Source: a candidate division WOR-3 bacterium
Lineage (GTDB): Bacteria; Hydrothermota; 32-111
Length of the DNA: 64,000 bases
Direction of reading: 5' to 3'
NCBI GenBank assembly: GCA_039804105.1
Contig: JBDRZU010000001.1
Location: forward strand, 800,001 to 864,000
The notes under the pieces are model-generated. The model was not told the DNA's origin and did not search any database. It saw only the letters and a list, made by a program, of their open reading frames with translations. The translations under genes were made by a program, and so were the position numbers. Position 1 is the stretch's first letter, and each line of letters begins with the position of its first letter. Below are positions 33,190 through 42,278 of the stretch, one piece after another.

Positions 33190-33823
33190 TGTCTATCTGT
33201 TCCTCCTTACTCAGATTCGTAGTATCTATCAGAATAGCATCTTCTGCCATTCTCAAAGGTGCATTTTCTCTATTTCTGTCCCTGTTGTCTCTATCGATAA
33301 TTTCCTGTTTCAATTTTTCAAAATCAACATCTATACCTTTTTCTATATACTCTTTGTATCGCCTTTTTGCCCTTTCTTCAACAGAACAATCGAAAAAAAA
33401 CTTTAAATCAGCATCTGGAAAAACAACCGTTCCAATATCTCTACCTTCTGCGACCAGAGAATACTTTTTCCCCATCTCTCTCTGTAGTTTTACAAGCCGT
33501 TCCCTTACCTTAGGAAATGTTGAAACTTTTGATGCTGACTGAGAGATCTTTTCGTTTCTAATCTTATCACTTACATCTTCGCCATTCAAAAGAACTTTCA
33601 ATTCGCCTGCATGTTTTTCAAGTTCTATTTTAACATCATCGACAATTTGGTTTATAGCATTTTCATCTTGTGGATCTATATTATTTGAAAGAACATAATA
33701 AGCGAAAGCCCTATACATTGCACCCGTGTCAAGGTAAGTTATGTTTAACTTTTTTGCAACACCTTTTGCTGTAGTTGTCTTTCCACTTGCTGCAGGACCA
33801 TCTATCGCAATTATAAAATTCAT
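33149..33823 (-). CDS. cmk: Cytidylate kinase
   Basis: IDGPAASGKT, DTGAMYR, EGRDIGTVVFP. Confidence 0.97.
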   Translation of the reverse strand: MNFIIAIDGPAASGKTTTAKGVAKKLNITYLDTGAMYRAFAYYVLSNNIDPQDENAINQIVDDVKIELEKHAGELKVLLNGEDVSDKIRNEKISQSASKVSTFPKVRERLVKLQREMGKKYSLVAEGRDIGTVVFPDADLKFFFDCSVEERAKRRYKEYIEKGIDVDFEKLKQEIIDRDNRDRNRENAPLRMAEDAILIDTTNLSKEEQIDIVIQEAKKRKAGV

Positions 33824-33829
33824 TCAAAT

Positions 33830-33857
33830 ATTATATTTATGATAAGTTTTAAGTCAA
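33830..33857 (-). promoter_or_regulatory. sigma70-like promoter, probably leaderless, for the cmk operon
   Basis: TTGACT-N16-TATAAT-N6-ATG, no SD. Confidence 0.7.
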
Positions 33858-33868
33858 CATTTTATTTT

Positions 33869-36800
33869 TTATTTTAATAATAAAATTTTTTCCTTTATCT
33901 TTCTATTTTTGCTCTTTAATTCTGCGATCAAAATATATGTGCCTTTTGATACAAGAGAGTTTGAGTGGTTTTTACAATTCCATTTGAAAATGTAACCTCC
34001 TCTTTCAATCTTTCCATTAAAAATCGTTCTGACAACAGAACCTTTATTATCAACTATATAAAGTTTGAGTTCATCAAATACTGGAATGTTAACTTTAATT
34101 TTCACTTCCTTTCCAAAATTAAACCCGTTTACAACACTTATTTTAAAAATCGTATCATTTTTACCAAGATTGTACGCCTGCTCGATTCCCTGATAACCAC
34201 AAACAAAATATCCCCCTGTCTGATACTCAGATGATAACGGATCATAAACAAAAGCTCTCCAAAAGTAGGCCTTTCCAATTTCAAGTTCATTCTGTTCGTT
34301 AAGTGTTATCGAAGCGATTTCACCGGAAGCATAAGCAGGTTTACTCCATAAAGATGGATCAACTCTCATATCAAAATCTTTTATTATATTTGAAAATGAA
34401 GAGTCAGAAGATATTTCTATGTGGTATTTTAAAACCGTATCAGGATCAGCATCAGAAGAGGTCATCGTAAATGTTGGTCTGTTTGAAACAATCTCTCCAT
34501 TTATAGGAGAAAGGAGTATAAGATCTGTTGGTTTCGAATTGAGAACTATCCCATCAGATTCTAACACATCAGAAAAAATACCTGCGTTGTTTTCTGCAAA
34601 AAGATGGATGTGATAATTCACATATCTAACAACTCCACTTATTGTTATTCCATTAGCAAAAGTGTTTAAAGTGCAAACCTTAACTGTTTGATGATCTGAT
34701 GTTTTCAAAGAAACATAAAGTCCCTTTATACCACTTTCATCATCTTTTGGTATACCACTCCATGAAAAATTCAGATTATTTTTATAAGGAATCATCGTTC
34801 CCTCATCAACAACAGGTCCCAAAATCCCATACGGTTTAGTTGAATCAACTGTAGCAAAAAGTGTTGCTTTTGAGACAAAACCATAGTTATCTTTAACCTC
34901 GATGAAAAGATTATGATCCCTTCTATCGGCAAGAAGAGTACATTGGTATGTTGGTTGATATGGTCTGAAAATTCCTTTATCTATGATATTTTCGGAAAAT
35001 CTAACAGAATCGGGAACTATAGATTTTGAAACATTCAAATAAAGTGTTGGATACCTTGTAGAAACATACCTTGATGTTGAATTGTTAAAAAGTGGATTGA
35101 AATTGATTCCATCTTTATCATAGTCAATATACTTTGTTATAGTTGAAGACCAATTACCCATCTCATCTTTAAATCTTACAGAAATACTTTTTGTTCCTTC
35201 AAGTGTATCAGAAAATGGGAAAATGAGCCCTGTCATCAATGGAACAGTAACACCGTTCACTTCTGCGGTTATACTTTTTGAAAGGTCATCATAAGCATAC
35301 AGATCAATTGTACAGTACGGGAGAGTTGTAAATAATGCACCATGATTTATTGAAAGTGAACAATTATATGGTGGCTGATTATCAAAAATAATGTTATCAT
35401 ATATTTTCCCAAAACCTAATCCATTTTTAAAAAACTGTCCATATACTGTTTTACTTCCTTGGTTTGTAGTTAAAGACCAGTTTATGTTCTCATAGTTTGA
35501 AAAATAAGTGTTTCTTAAAGAAAAGTTATCAAAATTTGATATCCAGAAAGAATCTGGTGCTGAATATATTTTAAATGCAAGATCTGTTACTACACCACCA
35601 TAAGGATACCAGTTGCCTGCTGTTGGTGAATAATAGGTTTGTCCATCAGGATATGGGTTCATATAACTTACCATACAAACACCGTTAAAAGTTGATCCAA
35701 AAAGATCAGTGTAAAACACAATATGATAAAGTGAATCAGGATTAACATTAACTGGAGGATTTAAACTTATATATTTCCAGGAGGAATCAGATACAGGAGG
35801 AAGGAAACCATACCCTAACATTCTATTTGGAAGATGATAAGAACCTGATAGTGTATCAGAATAGATTGCAGCATAAATACCAGGTGAGTTTACATTTTTT
35901 GTAAATATTCCGATCGCTGAAATTTTATCAGTATGAGGTATAAAAGATTGTGCTATAGGCATTCCTCCATATTCATACTCAAAAGTTGTATTACTTGATG
36001 TTATGATCTTTGGAAAAGATTTTACTATAACATTTGTGTTGTTAGTGTATTCATCGTCATCGTTGATCGTTAAACTTCCTCTTTCAACAAAACTTATAGT
36101 TTTTTCAACTCTATTGCCTTCTATATTTTCACTGTTGAAAAATTTTACATAGATGGTATAAACTCCTGGTTCAGATGGTATATCAACACTTATTCTGTCC
36201 GTGGTATATGGAAGATTATATTTTGTGTAATCAATATATCCAACAACACCTGTCTCAATATATCTTACTGGGAAGAAGGAATCTGTTGCAACAAGGTTCA
36301 TCGAAACTTTTGGAGAAAACACTATTGTATCAGGATTAACTATGTTTCCATTTGGTCCATTTACAACCATTATAAGAGAATCTTTAACAGGTGTTGATTG
36401 GTTTCCAGCAAGATCTTTAAAAGAATACCAGTAGTATGTCCAACCATTCGTTGCTGGTTTTTCGAGAGGTAAATCTATCACTATAAAACTATCGATCCCA
36501 ACTTTTTTAATGTTGAATTCATTCCATGGTATAAGGTTCGTTTTGATCAAAACAGAATAAAATCCAGAATAGTTGTCAGTTGCCATAAATTTTACTTTTG
36601 GTGGTTTTAGCCAACTACAAATATATTTTCCATTATTATAATAGTAGTTATCAACATAGGTCCTTATTCCAGATGGAGGGGTAGTATCATAACTATTAAG
36701 AAAAAACTCTTTTACAAGATGCTGATTTGAACCAACATGAAGGTAAGTATAGAAAGGTTGAAAAGCGGGATGAGATATCTTAATAAGATATTTGAATGTA

Positions 36801-38593
36801 GTATCTGAAAGAGGCATTACCCTTTTGAATTTGAAATATCCTATGCTATCGGTGATCACATTATAACTTCCCAAAGAAACTTTTGCATTTGGAATAGGAT
36901 CCCCTTTTATATTAAAAACTTGACCTTCGAGTGTTGAATAAACATTCATCGATACTGTATCAACATATCCTGTTATCGGAATGTTGTTTGTAACAATATA
37001 AAACGAGGTTGGAGCATAGTTTGAAGTTGAATCTGGAATCGCACTACATAAGACAGTATCGTTTCCAGGACAATGTGCTGTAAAACAATTTACAGAGGTA
37101 TAAAATTCTTTTACTCCATCGTTAGAACTAATCGTTAAACTTTTTACATCCATAAAAGGATTATTCAAAGAATCAAGCAACATTACAGTTAACAATTTTG
37201 TTGGTGGTACAACAGTTTCAACAAAAGAATATGTGTTGTTTGTATAAACTATCTCCTCTACATTTCTATCAGGGTTTATCTCTGCGGTTATATAATGATC
37301 ACCAGGTGTTTGGAAAGTATAATTCACAAAAGCCCACCCATAACCTGTTGGGTATAAAAAATCTGTTGGAACCTCTAAAGTATCTTTGTTATCTATTATA
37401 ATTCTAATTATAGTGGTATCTGCTACATTATGATCATCAATGTTAGAATAAGAGATTCCTATTTGAGTTGAAATTCCTGCCTGGGTGAAAAGTGTAGGAT
37501 GTCCCCAATTATCAACCGAAAAAACAAGGATCTTGTCGATTTTCAAATCTGGTCTGAACAAAGGTTCTCCAACAACTTTTATTGGAATCTGAATGTATTT
37601 GTCATATTCACTAACAGGAATATCCCATACAAGACTCCTTAAACCAAGATATTCATAGAAATTGTTATCAAGCCAATATGTTGAAGCAATCGTTATTCCA
37701 AAAGATGATAAAGCAAGACCTATTCTTCTGTAAAGATCAACATTGTAATAAGGATTTTTTAGATAAAGATAACCTTGAGAGTTCTGCAAAGCAAAAGAGT
37801 CAACATAAACCTTTAAAATTAATGTATCATTTCTGTTTTTTATTTCTCTGAAACACATTGGAGATTTGATAACACTTCCATCTCCTTCTGTTAACATTCG
37901 CACTATTCCATTTTCTATTTTGAAACCACCTGAAAGTTTTAAAGATAATATATCAAAAAGCCCCAGTACATCTGAAGCACCAGAAGAACCATCATCTTTT
38001 GGAAAAACACTCAAAGTATCTCCATCACTGTCGACTATTGTAGCAACTTTACCACCACTTGAAGATGCACCTTTTATATCTGGAATCAAACTCAAAAAAT
38101 CAATATAGTCATCACCTTTTGCTTTTTCCCCGGGATAAAAAGGAGGGTTGTCAGAAGATTCGATGTTGATGTTAAAATCGATACCCAAAGAAGGTCCTGT
38201 TGCCCACGTTCCACCAAGAAGACCGAACAACCTTGTTTTTATACCAACTCCCGCACATGCTCCAAAGTTGGAGTATATGACTGGCTTAGAACCTTTAACA
38301 GGTTTTGCAATAATTTTAACACGTAACGATTCACCCTGAATAACCGAATCTGTATCATAGATTACATGAAGTTCAAGATTTGAATAAAGATTACATGACG
38401 CAAGACCAACAGCGAATTCAGCATACGCCTGATACCATTCTAAAGGATCTGTAATCGATTCATAAATATCAATACCATCTCCTGCATCATTTTCACAATG
38501 TTTTAAGGGAATAGTTTTTGTGTAATCTACTACTGTGGAATTTAAAAAAATAAACAACCAACAGGATAAAATGAAAAGAAAAAATTTTCTCAT
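33869..38593 (-). CDS. Large secreted multi-domain surface protein (CARDB, carboxypeptidase-regulatory-like, Ig-like repeats, FlgD/T9SS-like C-terminal domain)
   Basis: Signal peptide; PDL.I..INPDRNVEE..TNN; G.V.N..G.PIPNA.V..TDS.G.F; D.AGN/D.MGN repeats; C-terminus W..KN...VSKGTY..K.K.LLLK. Confidence 0.7.
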   Translation of the reverse strand: MRKFFLFILSCWLFIFLNSTVVDYTKTIPLKHCENDAGDGIDIYESITDPLEWYQAYAEFAVGLASCNLYSNLELHVIYDTDSVIQGESLRVKIIAKPVKGSKPVIYSNFGACAGVGIKTRLFGLLGGTWATGPSLGIDFNINIESSDNPPFYPGEKAKGDDYIDFLSLIPDIKGASSSGGKVATIVDSDGDTLSVFPKDDGSSGASDVLGLFDILSLKLSGGFKIENGIVRMLTEGDGSVIKSPMCFREIKNRNDTLILKVYVDSFALQNSQGYLYLKNPYYNVDLYRRIGLALSSFGITIASTYWLDNNFYEYLGLRSLVWDIPVSEYDKYIQIPIKVVGEPLFRPDLKIDKILVFSVDNWGHPTLFTQAGISTQIGISYSNIDDHNVADTTIIRIIIDNKDTLEVPTDFLYPTGYGWAFVNYTFQTPGDHYITAEINPDRNVEEIVYTNNTYSFVETVVPPTKLLTVMLLDSLNNPFMDVKSLTISSNDGVKEFYTSVNCFTAHCPGNDTVLCSAIPDSTSNYAPTSFYIVTNNIPITGYVDTVSMNVYSTLEGQVFNIKGDPIPNAKVSLGSYNVITDSIGYFKFKRVMPLSDTTFKYLIKISHPAFQPFYTYLHVGSNQHLVKEFFLNSYDTTPPSGIRTYVDNYYYNNGKYICSWLKPPKVKFMATDNYSGFYSVLIKTNLIPWNEFNIKKVGIDSFIVIDLPLEKPATNGWTYYWYSFKDLAGNQSTPVKDSLIMVVNGPNGNIVNPDTIVFSPKVSMNLVATDSFFPVRYIETGVVGYIDYTKYNLPYTTDRISVDIPSEPGVYTIYVKFFNSENIEGNRVEKTISFVERGSLTINDDDEYTNNTNVIVKSFPKIITSSNTTFEYEYGGMPIAQSFIPHTDKISAIGIFTKNVNSPGIYAAIYSDTLSGSYHLPNRMLGYGFLPPVSDSSWKYISLNPPVNVNPDSLYHIVFYTDLFGSTFNGVCMVSYMNPYPDGQTYYSPTAGNWYPYGGVVTDLAFKIYSAPDSFWISNFDNFSLRNTYFSNYENINWSLTTNQGSKTVYGQFFKNGLGFGKIYDNIIFDNQPPYNCSLSINHGALFTTLPYCTIDLYAYDDLSKSITAEVNGVTVPLMTGLIFPFSDTLEGTKSISVRFKDEMGNWSSTITKYIDYDKDGINFNPLFNNSTSRYVSTRYPTLYLNVSKSIVPDSVRFSENIIDKGIFRPYQPTYQCTLLADRRDHNLFIEVKDNYGFVSKATLFATVDSTKPYGILGPVVDEGTMIPYKNNLNFSWSGIPKDDESGIKGLYVSLKTSDHQTVKVCTLNTFANGITISGVVRYVNYHIHLFAENNAGIFSDVLESDGIVLNSKPTDLILLSPINGEIVSNRPTFTMTSSDADPDTVLKYHIEISSDSSFSNIIKDFDMRVDPSLWSKPAYASGEIASITLNEQNELEIGKAYFWRAFVYDPLSSEYQTGGYFVCGYQGIEQAYNLGKNDTIFKISVVNGFNFGKEVKIKVNIPVFDELKLYIVDNKGSVVRTIFNGKIERGGYIFKWNCKNHSNSLVSKGTYILIAELKSKNRKIKEKILLLK

Positions 38594-38616
38594 CTTTCCT
38601 CCACTTTATTTAAAAT

Positions 38617-38644
38617 ATTTTAGCAAAAAAATTTTAAAATTCAA
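38617..38644 (-). promoter_or_regulatory. sigma70-like promoter of the large secreted protein
   Basis: TTGAAT-N16-TAAAAT with TG extension. Confidence 0.55.
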
Positions 38645-38672
38645 TTGAAAAAAATTTTTTTGTATATATAAT
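38645..38672 (+). promoter_or_regulatory. sigma70-like promoter of the GntR-nucleotidyltransferase operon
   Basis: TTGAAA-N16-TATAAT. Confidence 0.6.
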
Positions 38673-38682
38673 AGATACAAAA
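38658..38682. promoter_or_regulatory. YtrA-type GntR operator overlapping the -10
   Basis: TTTTGTATATATAATAGATACAAAA, a palindrome with one mismatched pair; fits GTN3TAN3TAN3AC. Confidence 0.8.
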
Positions 38683-38692
38683 TGGAGGAAAA

Positions 38693-39070
38693 ATGAACAT
38701 TCTAATAGATACAGAATCACCTATTCCTGTTTACCAACAGATAAAAAATCAACTGAAAGGGATGATAATGTCAAAAGAACTTTCAAAAGGAGTAAAGATT
38801 CCAAGCATAAGAAATCTTGCATCATTACTTGGAGTTTCGATCAACACGGTTGCAAGGGCATACTATGAACTTGAAAAAGAAGGGTTTTTAAAACTCGATG
38901 GAAGAAGGGGAAGTGAAATAGTTGATAACCCCAATCCCGATGAAAATCAGAAAAAAGAATTTTTGATAAAATTAACAGAAGAATATATTTTAAGAACAAA
39001 AGAATTTTTATACACGAAAGAAGAAATTCTAAAAATTGTCAAAGAAAAATATGATGAGATCTACTATTAA
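38693..39070 (+). CDS. GntR family regulator, YtrA subfamily
   Basis: 125 aa; PVYQQI, PSIR.LA..L.VS.NTVARAY.ELE..G; short C-terminal domain. Confidence 0.92.
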   Translation: MNILIDTESPIPVYQQIKNQLKGMIMSKELSKGVKIPSIRNLASLLGVSINTVARAYYELEKEGFLKLDGRRGSEIVDNPNPDENQKKEFLIKLTEEYILRTKEFLYTKEEILKIVKEKYDEIYY

Positions 39071-40406
39071 AAGTAATATCCCTCCAAAACAGATCATAAA
39101 TTTTTTAAAATCTTTTAAAAATGATAATTATTTTTTTGTTGGTGGTTTTGTTAGAGATTTTTTGTTAGGAAAAAGAGATTTTGAAGATTATGATGTTCTT
39201 ATTATAACAGAAAACTTTGAACAAGAACTATCAAACCTTAAAACAAAACCTATCATCGTCAATGATAGGTTCAACACTTTAAGATTTTTTATAGAAGGAA
39301 AACAGACTGATATAACTTTTGCAAAATCCTTAAACGATGATCTAAAACGAAGAGATTTTACAATAAACAGTATCGCAATGGATAAAAATGGAAACATTAT
39401 CGATCCCCATCGATATAAAAAGGATTTAGAAAAAAAAATCATAAAAGTAACAAATCAAAATTCGTTCAAAGATGATCCTTTAAGAATTTTGAGAGCATTC
39501 AGATTCAAATATGAACTTGATTTCAAATTTTCTAAAGGAATAAAAAAGCTTATTTTTGAAAACAGAGATCTTTTAAAAAAAGTCGCAAAAGAAAGAATTT
39601 CTTTCGAATTGAAAAAAATTTTATCATATGAAAATGGTGCAAGCATTTTTAAAGATTTAAAGGATTATGGTATACTCGAAACAATTTTTCCTGAAATCGA
39701 AAAAACAAAAAATTTTGTTCATAATAAGTTTAAAAGCAAGTATTTGTTAAACCACCTTATCAACACGGTTTTTGCTGTAAAAAAAATTTCAAATCAAAAT
39801 ATCCCAAATGAATGGAAAGTTTATCTTAAAAAATATTATTTTGAAGTTTATTTAGCGTCCTTTTTTCATGATATAAAAAAACCTGAATCCTTTAAAATGT
39901 TAAACAAAAGACAAACATTTTTTAATCATGATCTACTTTCATCAATATACATTGAAAAAGTTCTAAAGGAGAGTTTAAAACTTTCAAATGAAGAAACAAA
40001 AAGGATTCAAAAACTTGTTAAAAATCATATGAGACCTCATTATCTTCTAAATTCAAAAAATTTAACCGAGAAGGGACTTTATAAGATTTTAAAAGATAAC
40101 GGTGAAGATCTTGAGGGGCTTTTTCTCGTTTCTATGGCTGATCAATTATCAAGCGAAGGTATTTTCGATGAAAGATATATAAAACTTTACAAAGATATAA
40201 AACTTTTTGAAAAAAAAATTAAAGACAAAAAAATAAATTTTATAACAGGAAAAGATATACTTGAAAAATTTAAAATAAAGCCTGGTCCACTCGTTGGAAA
40301 GATGATAAAAGAGGGTAACTATTTTGCGATCAAAAATTCGATAACAGATAAGGAAAAAATATTGTCATACCTTGAACAGAAATTTGAAAAATTTCAAGAA
40401 TCTTGA
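39051..40406 (+). CDS. Class II tRNA nucleotidyltransferase with HD domain (likely CC-adding type)
   Basis: VGGFVRD..DYD, DLKRRDFTIN, DDPLRILR, HD, HMR, PGP.VG. Confidence 0.88.
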   Translation: MMRSTIKSNIPPKQIINFLKSFKNDNYFFVGGFVRDFLLGKRDFEDYDVLIITENFEQELSNLKTKPIIVNDRFNTLRFFIEGKQTDITFAKSLNDDLKRRDFTINSIAMDKNGNIIDPHRYKKDLEKKIIKVTNQNSFKDDPLRILRAFRFKYELDFKFSKGIKKLIFENRDLLKKVAKERISFELKKILSYENGASIFKDLKDYGILETIFPEIEKTKNFVHNKFKSKYLLNHLINTVFAVKKISNQNIPNEWKVYLKKYYFEVYLASFFHDIKKPESFKMLNKRQTFFNHDLLSSIYIEKVLKESLKLSNEETKRIQKLVKNHMRPHYLLNSKNLTEKGLYKILKDNGEDLEGLFLVSMADQLSSEGIFDERYIKLYKDIKLFEKKIKDKKINFITGKDILEKFKIKPGPLVGKMIKEGNYFAIKNSITDKEKILSYLEQKFEKFQES

Positions 40407-41071
40407 ATTACACCATCTACAAGTTTAACAACTCTATCACCATGTTTTACAAGTTCTTCATTGTGTGTTATTATAAGAAAGGTTGTTTTTTTTTCAAAAT
40501 TTATTTTTTTGAAAATATCCATAACATTTTCAGAATTTTTTGAATCCAAGTTTCCAGTAGGTTCATCAGCGAGTATGATTTCGGGATCATTGATTAGAGC
40601 CCTTGCTATAGCTATTCTTTGCTGTTCACCCCCAGACATTTCATTTGGTTTATGGTAAATCCTATCAGAGAGAGAAAGTGAATCTAAAAGTTCAATCGCT
40701 TTTTTCTTTGATTTAAAAAAATTTTTTGTTAAAAAAAGATGTGGAAGCATCACATTTTCGTATGCAAGAAACTCATTTAAAAGGTAATGGAATTGAAAGA
40801 TGAATCCGATTTTTTCATTTCTCCATCTCGATTTGCTTTTATCATCAAGAGAATGTATGAGTTCATTTCTAAAAAACACTTTTCCATCAGTCGGAGAATC
40901 AAGTGTTCCAAGGATATGTAAGAGTGTTGATTTACCTGCACCTGACGGTCCAAGAATAAAAGTGATTTTTCCCTCTTCTATCTCAAGATTTATTCCCTTT
41001 AAAACATCAATTTTTTTATCTTTTACAAAATACGATTTTTTCAGGTCGACAATTTTAAAAATACTATTCAT
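40394..41071 (-). CDS. lolD: Lipoprotein-releasing ABC ATPase
   Basis: GPSGAGKST, FQFHYLL, SGGEQQR, DEPTGNLD; follows a lolC/E gene. Confidence 0.9.
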   Translation of the reverse strand: MNSIFKIVDLKKSYFVKDKKIDVLKGINLEIEEGKITFILGPSGAGKSTLLHILGTLDSPTDGKVFFRNELIHSLDDKSKSRWRNEKIGFIFQFHYLLNEFLAYENVMLPHLFLTKNFFKSKKKAIELLDSLSLSDRIYHKPNEMSGGEQQRIAIARALINDPEIILADEPTGNLDSKNSENVMDIFKKINFEKKTTFLIITHNEELVKHGDRVVKLVDGVIQDS

Positions 41072-42278
41072 ATTTTATCGCTTTAACAGGATCCATTTTT
41101 GATGCCTTATAAGCTGGATATAAAGTTGAAACTAAAGACACAACGGAAGTTAAAATCAAAACAAAGATTACATCCCAGAACTGAACATCAACCGGAAGTT
41201 TATCCAAAAGATAAACCTCTCCAGGAAGATCAATAAACTTATACTTTGAAAGTAGAAAACATAAAAATAAACCAAGAATGAGTCCAGATATAGTTCCGAT
41301 TATGTTGATTATAAGTCCCTGGTAGATGTATATCCTTAAAATATCTTTTTCGGATAGTCCAAGTGTTTTCAAAACACCGATCTCTGTTGTTTTTTCCATA
41401 ACGACCATAATCAATGTTGTGATTATATTGAATGCAGCAACTATAACAACAAGTAGTAAAAGAAGAAACATTATTTTCTTTTCGAGAGCAAGAGCAGCGA
41501 ACAACGATCCGTTCAAATCTATCCAGTTGTTCGTTCGATATGGGTAACCAAGTTTTTTTTCAATTTTCTTCGCAACCTTTGGTGCGTTGTATATATCTTT
41601 TATTCTCAATTCAAGTCCAGTAACTTTACCTTTGAGACCAAAAATTTCAGATGCTTTTTTTAAAGGTATATAAACAAGCTCAGCATTATACTGATACATT
41701 CCAGCATCGAATATTCCCGTTATGGTAAACTCACTGATCTTTGGAATCAAAGAGCCAAAAGTTTCTGTTGATCCAAATGGGGTTGCTATTCTTACAACAT
41801 CTCCGGTATGAACTCTTAACTCTTCGGCAAGATCAACTCCCAGGATCAACTCATCATCTTTTTCAGGAAATCTTCCAAACTTTAAGTGTTTTTTAAAAAT
41901 TTTGTAGGTAACACTATCTTCCAGACAGAAACCTCTAATGATTATTCCATTCGTCCAGTTTTCAAACTGGATCAATCCTTTTGAATATATAAAAGGAGTA
42001 ATGCTCACGATATCATCAAAAACTTTTAAACTATCTTTTATTTCCTTATAGTTCTCAATCGGCTCGTTGAAATATTTTAAAACTATGATGTGGGAATTCA
42101 CATCAATTATTCTTTCCTTAACATCCTTCTGGAATCCGTTCATAACAGAAAGAACAACGATCAACGCTGCAACTCCAATGAATACTCCACCTATGGCTAT
42201 TGCTGTAACGATGTAACCAAAAAAAGTTTTTCTTGCACCAAAAAGATGCTTTAACGCTATAAAAAAAGAGTAGTTCAT
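41064..42278 (-). CDS. lolC: Lipoprotein-releasing ABC permease LolC/E
   Basis: VLSVMNGF, AAFNII..L.M.V.EK..EIG.LK.LG, YPA.KA...DP. Confidence 0.88.
   Translation of the reverse strand: MNYSFFIALKHLFGARKTFFGYIVTAIAIGGVFIGVAALIVVLSVMNGFQKDVKERIIDVNSHIIVLKYFNEPIENYKEIKDSLKVFDDIVSITPFIYSKGLIQFENWTNGIIIRGFCLEDSVTYKIFKKHLKFGRFPEKDDELILGVDLAEELRVHTGDVVRIATPFGSTETFGSLIPKISEFTITGIFDAGMYQYNAELVYIPLKKASEIFGLKGKVTGLELRIKDIYNAPKVAKKIEKKLGYPYRTNNWIDLNGSLFAALALEKKIMFLLLLLVVIVAAFNIITTLIMVVMEKTTEIGVLKTLGLSEKDILRIYIYQGLIINIIGTISGLILGLFLCFLLSKYKFIDLPGEVYLLDKLPVDVQFWDVIFVLILTSVVSLVSTLYPAYKASKMDPVKAIKYE

Noticed and set aside
40394..40406. Convergent 3' overlaps as antisense regulation (also 19582-19595)
   Set aside because: 13-14 nt overlaps are common in compact AT-rich genomes; no further support
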